Virus record (IMG/VR): IMGVR_UViG_3300028586_000002
Coordinates: 1,345-65,344 of that record
DNA from: a virus
Taxonomy: Duplodnaviria > Caudoviricetes
DNA: 64,000 nucleotides
Reading direction: 5' to 3' (one strand)
In this document: positions 52,789 through 58,959 of the stretch, piece after piece
Layout: each line of letters opens with the position of its first letter
Numbering within the stretch: the stretch's first letter is position 1
The notes under the pieces: model-generated
What the model was told of the DNA's origin: nothing
Databases searched by the model: none
What the model saw: only the letters and a program-made list of their open reading frames with translations
Made by a program: the position numbers and the translations under genes

Positions 52789-52818
52789 TTGACAAGAAAA
52801 AACCTTGTCTGTTAATAT
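52789..52818 (+). promoter_or_regulatory. Sigma70 promoter TTGACA-18-TAATAT with operator-like motif at 52792-52808
   Basis: ACAAG-AAAAAAC-CTTGT spans the -35 box and spacer. Confidence 0.82.
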
Positions 52819-52871
52819 GCAATCTCTCACCCGAGAACCCTTTACAAACAATCCTTAAAACGGAGCGCACC

Positions 52872-53762
52872 ATGCAAAAATTCTTCAAACTTTCCGCTGA
52901 ACGTATGCGCATCATTTGCGGCGTGGCTGAATCGCGTATCTTCCGCGTCACTGGCATCGAAACCAACATGATTGGCGGCGCTGGTTTTGACGCTTTCGTC
53001 ACGCTGGATTCCGGCGATGGCTGGTACAAGGGCGCATACATGGGGAAACTCGAAATGTTCGCAGCGCGTGGCGAATTTGTGACCGAAGCGGAATACCTGG
53101 CGCAAGATGCCGCGCCGGTAGTCGTGCCTGCGTGCGCACCTGGGGAACCATTGGCCGTGATGGCACTGGCCGGGCGCATCAATCGCGAGTGCCTTGATTG
53201 GCTGGAGATTCCCGACACTGATGGCGAACTGATGTTGGTCGCAATGCCGCATGGCGTCGTCACCATGTTCACGGATATGAACGGATACGCCACGCCGGAA
53301 GAATGCTACAGCGCCGCGCCGCACGCGCACCGAATCGTTACGCCTAGCTGGAATGCGTACGTTGTCGACCTGACCAAGCGCGCCGCGCCGGAATGCGTGG
53401 CTTTCCTGGCCGATGTCCCGCAAGAATCGAACGCGGCAATCATGGCGCGCGCCGTCGCTTTCGTGCGTGATATTCGCCTGACTGCTGAATACCTGGCCGC
53501 GCATGATGACGAACCGGCCGCGCTGGACGACGGCATAACGGGCAATGAGCAGGTGCGAGCATTGGCACATGAGCATGCCCGCGCCGATGCGGCCCGCAAA
53601 CTGTCCGGCGTGCCGTCGCCAACGGAAAAAGGCATGCGCGCCCATGCGGCCGGAAAAAGCGCATCGCTCGATAACCCTTATGCGTTTCCGTCGCCATTCT
53701 GGTATCAGTGGGAACAGGGTTTTGCGCTCGCACGTCGTCGCGCCGAACAGGTGAAAGCATGA
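52872..53762 (+). CDS. Early hypothetical protein (296 aa, probably multi-domain)
   Basis: ACGGAG RBS; first gene after the promoter. Confidence 0.7.
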   Translation: MQKFFKLSAERMRIICGVAESRIFRVTGIETNMIGGAGFDAFVTLDSGDGWYKGAYMGKLEMFAARGEFVTEAEYLAQDAAPVVVPACAPGEPLAVMALAGRINRECLDWLEIPDTDGELMLVAMPHGVVTMFTDMNGYATPEECYSAAPHAHRIVTPSWNAYVVDLTKRAAPECVAFLADVPQESNAAIMARAVAFVRDIRLTAEYLAAHDDEPAALDDGITGNEQVRALAHEHARADAARKLSGVPSPTEKGMRAHAAGKSASLDNPYAFPSPFWYQWEQGFALARRRAEQVKA

Positions 53763-54139
53763 GCGCCCGCGTCAAACCGCCTGAAGGCGTGGCCGATGGG
53801 CATGGCGGCACGAAATACACATGCCGCACGAAAGATGAAGCATTGGCCGTGATGCGCCTGGCGAAGTCTCGCGCACACTTTCGCGTGCATGCGTGCATGG
53901 ATGCCGAATTGCCGGATACGCCTGACAAGTATTTGCCGCGCGCCTTCAGTGGTTCGATTCATGTCTCACGCTGTGCGGCTGAAATGTTCGTCTCCGATGT
54001 CTTCCACGAAGCACTTGTCGCGCGTGGCTGTGCGCTTACGATCCGCTTATCGGCGGGACATCGGCGCAAAAAGTGGGACGACGCGAAGCGCGATTTTGTC
54101 GAATATGGCGTGCCGTCAATGTACGTCTACATCGGCTGA
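53759..54139 (+). CDS. Early hypothetical protein (126 aa)
   Basis: ATGA overlap with upstream gene. Confidence 0.65.
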   Translation: MSARVKPPEGVADGHGGTKYTCRTKDEALAVMRLAKSRAHFRVHACMDAELPDTPDKYLPRAFSGSIHVSRCAAEMFVSDVFHEALVARGCALTIRLSAGHRRKKWDDAKRDFVEYGVPSMYVYIG

Positions 54140-54161
54140 ACGAAATATATCTGCAAACGCA

Positions 54162-54239
54162 TTGACAAGATAAAACCTTGTTTGTTAAGATGCGTATTCA
54201 GTAGGGCGAAGTTTGCCCGCTGACACTGTTTTACCTTGT
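54162..54239 (+). promoter_or_regulatory. Sigma70 promoter TTGACA-18-TAAGAT with two operator-like motifs (54165-54181, 54223-54239)
   Basis: Near copy of the 52789 promoter; second site TGACACTGTTTTACCTTGTCA lies downstream of the predicted start. Confidence 0.82.
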
Positions 54240-54262
54240 CATCACTTTTGCATAGGCCACAC

Positions 54263-54370
54263 ATGCCGCATGAACAGAAATTCGACGGACTGATTTACCG
54301 CCTGGCCGATTACCTGCCGCACGCTGGCGCGGCTGTGCTGGCCTTGCTTGTCATTTTTCACCCTTTTTAA
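54263..54370 (+). CDS. Small peptide with C-terminal hydrophobic segment (35 aa)
   Basis: First ATG after the promoter; below the ORF-track cutoff. Confidence 0.42.
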   Translation: MPHEQKFDGLIYRLADYLPHAGAAVLALLVIFHPF

Positions 54371-54382
54371 ACGGAATCTCAA

Positions 54383-54877
54383 ATGTCCAAAATCATCAAT
54401 CAATCAATCGACGCGATGCTGTTAAACGTCGGTCTGTCGGTATCCGTCATCGGCAAGGGTGAACAGGTTCGCGACAACGATTGGAAGTGCGACGCCTGGC
54501 GTTTCACGATCACGAATGCACAGCGCAAGAGCGAATCATTCGACTACTACACCGGCATCGGTCATCGCAAGTGCAATCTTGCGCCAGCACTTCGCCCGAA
54601 GTTTGTAAATCCGAATTGCATTGCGGCTGAAGAATTTAACAAGCGTCATGTTCTGCCGGTAGCGCCGCACGTCGCGGGCCTGTTGCATTCGTTGGTTCTG
54701 GATGGTTCAGCGCTGGAGCAGTGCTTTATTGATTGGTGCGCTGACTTCGGTTATGACGCCGACAGCATGAAGGCATTGACCCTGTATAACGCATGCTGCG
54801 AAAACGCGCGCCGTCTCCAATTGCTTATTGGTCGAGAACTGTTCGCGAAAATCAGCGAAGCGCTTCAGGACTACTAA
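54383..54877 (+). CDS. Early conserved-looking hypothetical protein (164 aa)
   Basis: FDYYTGIGH and F.DWCADFGYDADS.KA..LY.AC motif-like segments. Confidence 0.75.
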   Translation: MSKIINQSIDAMLLNVGLSVSVIGKGEQVRDNDWKCDAWRFTITNAQRKSESFDYYTGIGHRKCNLAPALRPKFVNPNCIAAEEFNKRHVLPVAPHVAGLLHSLVLDGSALEQCFIDWCADFGYDADSMKALTLYNACCENARRLQLLIGRELFAKISEALQDY

Positions 54878-54913
54878 TTCACCCTCTCACGCAATCCAAA
54901 AAGGAGTTTCACC

Positions 54914-55579
54914 ATGTCTTTCGCAACTAAAAATGCATCGCTCTTAAACCTGTTCGCGCTGTTCGGCAAGCCGGTCCCGACTGAAGATAGTGACATGGGC
55001 CGCGCCGTGTCGATCCTGCAAACCATCGCTGACGAACACTCGCACAGCTTCAGTGTGGATGCTGACGAACTGGCCGAAGAAATGCTCGACAACCTGAAGG
55101 GCTGGAGCGTGTTTAACGGCAATGCGGCATGCGCCCCTTACGCTGAATCGCATGATGGCAAACGTGCTAACGGTGAAACGCGTTTTATCGTAATCGGTGC
55201 GGCCTATGCCCTGGCCGGTCTGACGCATGACACGCTTTATACGCCGGACGAATTTGACACGCTCGACGAACTGGTCACGCTGATGGGCGGCCATGAATCC
55301 GATGATTTTAATTTTGAGTTCGACGGCAACGAATACCGCCTGATTAAATCCGATGAAGATGTCATCTGGCCTATCTACCGTGACGCCATCCAGAACACCG
55401 TGGAAGACTGCTATTCAGACGTGCTGAAGCTGGACAAAATCCCCGCTTTTATCGCTGTTTCGATTGATTGGGAACAGACCGCTAAGAATGCGTACGCCGA
55501 TGGTTACGGGCATCAATTCAGCGGCTATGACGGTAGCGAATACGAAGCGGGCGGATACTACATCTTCCGCACGAACTAA
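54914..55579 (+). CDS. Acidic ArdA-like antirestriction / DNA-mimic candidate
   Basis: Very D/E-rich; C-terminal IDWEQTAKN...GYGHQFSGYDG.E....YYIFRTN resembles the ArdA-like tail; AAGGAG RBS. Confidence 0.58.
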   Translation: MSFATKNASLLNLFALFGKPVPTEDSDMGRAVSILQTIADEHSHSFSVDADELAEEMLDNLKGWSVFNGNAACAPYAESHDGKRANGETRFIVIGAAYALAGLTHDTLYTPDEFDTLDELVTLMGGHESDDFNFEFDGNEYRLIKSDEDVIWPIYRDAIQNTVEDCYSDVLKLDKIPAFIAVSIDWEQTAKNAYADGYGHQFSGYDGSEYEAGGYYIFRTN

Positions 55580-55619
55580 ACCGAAGCAATCAAACAATCC
55601 CGCAAACGGAGCAATCGAC

Positions 55620-56309
55620 ATGACGAAACTTAATATCAACGAATCGCACTATCTGAACTTGCGCGCCAGTGCGCCCGCCCGCCTGGCCGTGTTGCGCAAT
55701 GCCGCCGCATACACCAATGCGCACGACGTGAAACTCCCGCCTAGCATGCGTTTCGCTACCTGGCGCGAGGCACGCCGCACGACATTCCGCACGCTGGACA
55801 CCGGCCTGGCACAAGGGTTCAATAGTTGCGGATCGTATCGCGTGCCGGTCTGGTACTCGCACAGCAGCGCCGAACATTTCCGCAATGAGCGCAAGGCGCA
55901 CAACATCGTGAGCATGAACCATACGGGCTGGTACGCTGACATTGACGGATTGGAACTGATAACCGGCATTGTTGCGGGCCTGCCGCATGGCCGATTTATC
56001 GCCGGCTATGAATGTTCGGAAAACGAGGAACGCGTTTATTTCAGTCACATCTACGATGACGAAAACGACGCGGCGCGCGCCGCTGACGAACATGCACGCA
56101 TTCAAGCGGACAAAGAACGCGAGCAGGATCAGCGTTATAACGATGCGTGCAACCTGGCGCACGATGTCGAAATGTTGAAAACCGATGTCGCCGAACTGTT
56201 CCCCATGCGCCACCATGGTCGCGCACGTCGCGAACTGGCGCAAACAATCGAGACGATGCGCACGAAGCGCGCCACGCTCGCAAGCGAATACGCCGACATC
56301 GAACTGTAA
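55620..56309 (+). CDS. Early hypothetical protein (229 aa)
   Basis: ACGGAG RBS; HTGWYAD...GIVA.LPHGRFIAGY motif-like segment; C-terminal coiled coil. Confidence 0.72.
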   Translation: MTKLNINESHYLNLRASAPARLAVLRNAAAYTNAHDVKLPPSMRFATWREARRTTFRTLDTGLAQGFNSCGSYRVPVWYSHSSAEHFRNERKAHNIVSMNHTGWYADIDGLELITGIVAGLPHGRFIAGYECSENEERVYFSHIYDDENDAARAADEHARIQADKEREQDQRYNDACNLAHDVEMLKTDVAELFPMRHHGRARRELAQTIETMRTKRATLASEYADIEL

Positions 56310-56324
56310 AAGGAAAACGACATC

Positions 56325-56651
56325 ATGAAAAAACTGACATTTGATGAAGCAATGGACCGCATCAATGATGAGCGCCCGTTGTCGTCTTCGGAAGTGCTGG
56401 CAAGCGCATTGTCGCGCCAATTGTGGGTAGCGGAATGGCATGTTCCGGGTTGTATGTCTGAATCGCGGTCCTACTGCGAAACGAAGCGCGATGCTGTAGA
56501 TGCGGCGCTGTCGTTCGCCAGTGGCGAAGATGCCGCGCCGCGCGGCATGAAAACGGCATTGGTGAAATATGGCCGGTTCGATTCCGAAAGCGAAATGTTC
56601 GGTACTTGCATTAACACGGTTCAGCGTATGACGCTGGCCGACATCATCTAA
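56325..56651 (+). CDS. Early hypothetical protein (108 aa)
   Basis: AAGGA RBS. Confidence 0.7.
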   Translation: MKKLTFDEAMDRINDERPLSSSEVLASALSRQLWVAEWHVPGCMSESRSYCETKRDAVDAALSFASGEDAAPRGMKTALVKYGRFDSESEMFGTCINTVQRMTLADII

Positions 56652-56662
56652 AGGCGCGCATC

Positions 56663-57409
56663 ATGTCCCACACTCTTATCACTCGCTGCGATCAGTTCAA
56701 CCTGGCATTGTCGCAAGGCTCGCATGTCTTCCCTGGCGGCTATCCGCTGTTCTTCGTGATGGCTGACGGTGAAAGCCTGGCTTTCGATGTGGCCGGTTTG
56801 CCTGATGTCGCGCCACTGATCCGCGACGCCATCATCGCAGGCCCGAACACCGGAAACGACGATTGGCGCGTAGTGGCCGTGTCCGTGAACTATGAAGACA
56901 ACGAACTGACGTGCGTGCATACCGGCCGCAAGATCGAATGCGCCTATCCGCCCGATGATGCGCCAGCACTCGACACATTTACGCGTCACTATCTCATCGC
57001 GGCATTGTGGAGTAGTCGCGTCATGGGCGGCGCTGATGATGGCGAACCGCTCGACGATTATTTTGGCATTGACGACATTGACGAACAGACGAAAGCGCAA
57101 GCAATCGAGGATTGCGCCGACTTCCAAAAATCGCAGCGTGCTTTGCTGGTTCAGGCGTACGCCTTTTACGATGAAAACGGCAATTCGGCGCATGCTGACG
57201 CGGGATCACCTGAAGCGTGCGCAGGCCACGATTTTTGGCTTACTCGCAACGGTCACGGTACAGGGTTTTGGGATAGGGGTATGCCTGGCACGCTTGGCCG
57301 TGAATTGAGCGATGCGGCAAAAACGCATGGCGGCGTGGACATTGACCAATGGAACATGATTGACCCGACGGCAGGCGGCGCAATCGTCAACGAAGAAGAG
57401 GAAAACTAA
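56663..57409 (+). CDS. Early two-domain acidic hypothetical protein (248 aa)
   Basis: FPGGYPLFF N-terminal module and GHDFWLTRNGHGTGFWDRG C-terminal module. Confidence 0.75.
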   Translation: MSHTLITRCDQFNLALSQGSHVFPGGYPLFFVMADGESLAFDVAGLPDVAPLIRDAIIAGPNTGNDDWRVVAVSVNYEDNELTCVHTGRKIECAYPPDDAPALDTFTRHYLIAALWSSRVMGGADDGEPLDDYFGIDDIDEQTKAQAIEDCADFQKSQRALLVQAYAFYDENGNSAHADAGSPEACAGHDFWLTRNGHGTGFWDRGMPGTLGRELSDAAKTHGGVDIDQWNMIDPTAGGAIVNEEEEN

Positions 57410-57411
57410 CC

Positions 57412-57654
57412 ATGACGTTATCGGAAATTGTGCGCATCGGCGCAGCACGCATGACGCATGTGACCGTCGATATTGACTCGGCTTACGATACGGTCACTAT
57501 CTCGACACCTGGCGAAGATGACATTTTCATGCAAGGCGATGATGCGCGCGCCTTCATTGATGATGTTGACGCGCTTTACAATCGAACCGGCGATATGACG
57601 AAAGACGATTGCGCCGCATGTGTGGCTGAACCCTTTACAACCCTTTGGAGCTAA
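57412..57654 (+). CDS. Early small acidic protein (80 aa)
   Basis: GAGGA RBS; D/E-rich. Confidence 0.68.
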   Translation: MTLSEIVRIGAARMTHVTVDIDSAYDTVTISTPGEDDIFMQGDDARAFIDDVDALYNRTGDMTKDDCAACVAEPFTTLWS

Positions 57655-57659
57655 TCGCC

Positions 57660-57914
57660 ATGTGCGCAAACAATCTTCGCCACCTGCGAACCATAGAAGG
57701 CGCAAAACGTCGCGCCACGATCCGCGCCATGTTGGCAAAATCCGATGCGCTGGTGTTCGGCAACGATCCGCATACACTTTCGTTCTCGCAACGATCCGCA
57801 TTGCAAGATATGGCGCGTGCCGTGTCCTGGCGCAAGAGCATCACATCATGCTTGTCATTGGGCGCGGCTTTCTATGTCTACCTGTCGCGCGATGCGGCCA
57901 TGGTGCAATCATGA
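57660..57914 (+). CDS. Early small basic protein (84 aa)
   Basis: GGAG RBS before ATG 57660. Confidence 0.62.
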   Translation: MCANNLRHLRTIEGAKRRATIRAMLAKSDALVFGNDPHTLSFSQRSALQDMARAVSWRKSITSCLSLGAAFYVYLSRDAAMVQS

Positions 57915-58135
57915 TGTGGTTTATTCTCTTGCGCATGGTGGCCACGTTGTTACTCGCGCTTATCGGCGGCGCGGCGTGCCTGATCCTGGTGGGCATCGGC
58001 CAGAAAGGCGACGCGCTCCAGCTTGCCGTAATGGTTGCCATCGGCGTGTGGTTCATTCAGCCTAACAACGAACAGCGTGCAGACTTCGCAGCATTCCAGA
58101 AAGCGCGCGAACCATGGCAACCACCTAACCACTAA
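57911..58135 (+). CDS. Early small membrane protein (74 aa)
   Basis: ATGA overlap; two hydrophobic segments. Confidence 0.62.
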   Translation: MMWFILLRMVATLLLALIGGAACLILVGIGQKGDALQLAVMVAIGVWFIQPNNEQRADFAAFQKAREPWQPPNH

Positions 58136-58156
58136 CCCGCATCACTCCCCCTACAG

Positions 58157-58177
58157 GCCCGCTTATGCGGGCTTTTT
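58157..58177 (+). terminator. Terminator closing the early cassette
   Basis: GCCCGC-TTAT-GCGGGC-TTTTT. Confidence 0.85.
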
Positions 58178-58579
58178 GCATTTCCGCCTTACCTTCTCCC
58201 CTCTCGCATGCACGTACGTGCATATCCGCTCGCGCTCGCACCTGTACGCGTGAGACTTCGTTTTCCCTCATTTCATCGTGGCCGCATAGCTGGCCGGTAG
58301 CGGCCTGGCCGCACTCCCCTATATCCGCATATCGGCTTGCCTCTGTTCGTGGCCTGGCGGGCTGATGCGTGGCCGGATAGCGGCATATCGGCATAGCTGG
58401 ATAGCTTTATATCGTGGATAGCAGCATATCGGGGGTTGCCTGGCGATGCGCATGTGGTTTGCGTGGCCGCTATGGGGTCGCCACGCTGCGAACGGGGGTC
58501 GATTGGTATCCGCCTAGTCTGATGCCGGCCAATCGGCGTGGCGGTCCTGTATTCGCTTCGGTGCTTATCGGGGGTCAAT

Positions 58580-58623
58580 GGGTCCCTCCCCAGGGGGTAG
58601 CGGCCTCCGGGGGTCCGTAGAGC
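58580..58623 (+). other. Candidate cos site: 12-nt cosN GGTCCGTAGAGC (58612-58623) with cosQ-like GGGTCCC (58580-58586)
   Basis: 10/12 match to the Chi overhang as I recall it (GGTGCGCAGAGC); located in the non-coding gap below primase; CCGGG/CTCGG flanking symmetry; lambda-type terL. Confidence 0.7.
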
Positions 58624-58670
58624 CTCGGTTTGCGAGATTTTCTGAAAACGGCCATAGCACCAACTCGAAA

Positions 58671-58687
58671 ACACTGTTTTACCTTGT
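58671..58687. promoter_or_regulatory. Operator-like motif adjacent to cos
   Basis: ACACTGTTTTACCTTGT, identical to 54223-54239. Confidence 0.65.
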
Positions 58688-58796
58688 CAGCCGATTTACC
58701 AAGTTCCCCATAGTCCCTAAAATCGGCGTTTTCACTTTATATCTATCCTCTTTACTTTCTTTTTTTTCTCGCTACACGTAATCAGAATAGGGTAAA

Positions 58797-58866
58797 TAGA
58801 GAATATAGATAACTAAAAGGGGTGTAAAAGGTCGAAAAGATGCAATTCTGATCTCTATGTTCTCTA
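58797..58866. repeat. 13-bp inverted repeat in an AT-rich tract
   Basis: TAGAGAATATAGA (58797-58809) versus TCTATGTTCTCTA (58854-58866), 12/13 complementary. Confidence 0.7.
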
Positions 58867-58917
58867 AAAACGCAAGTTTGAAGTCGTTCAGTCTTCTGTG
58901 TAAAAAGTTGAAGGCGT

Positions 58918-58940
58918 AAAAAACCCGGCTCGTGGCCGGG
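58918..58940 (-). terminator. Terminator of the primase operon
   Basis: CCCGGC-CACGA-GCCGGG-TTTTTT on the minus strand. Confidence 0.85.
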
Positions 58941-58959
58941 CATGAGGGGTGGTCAATGG

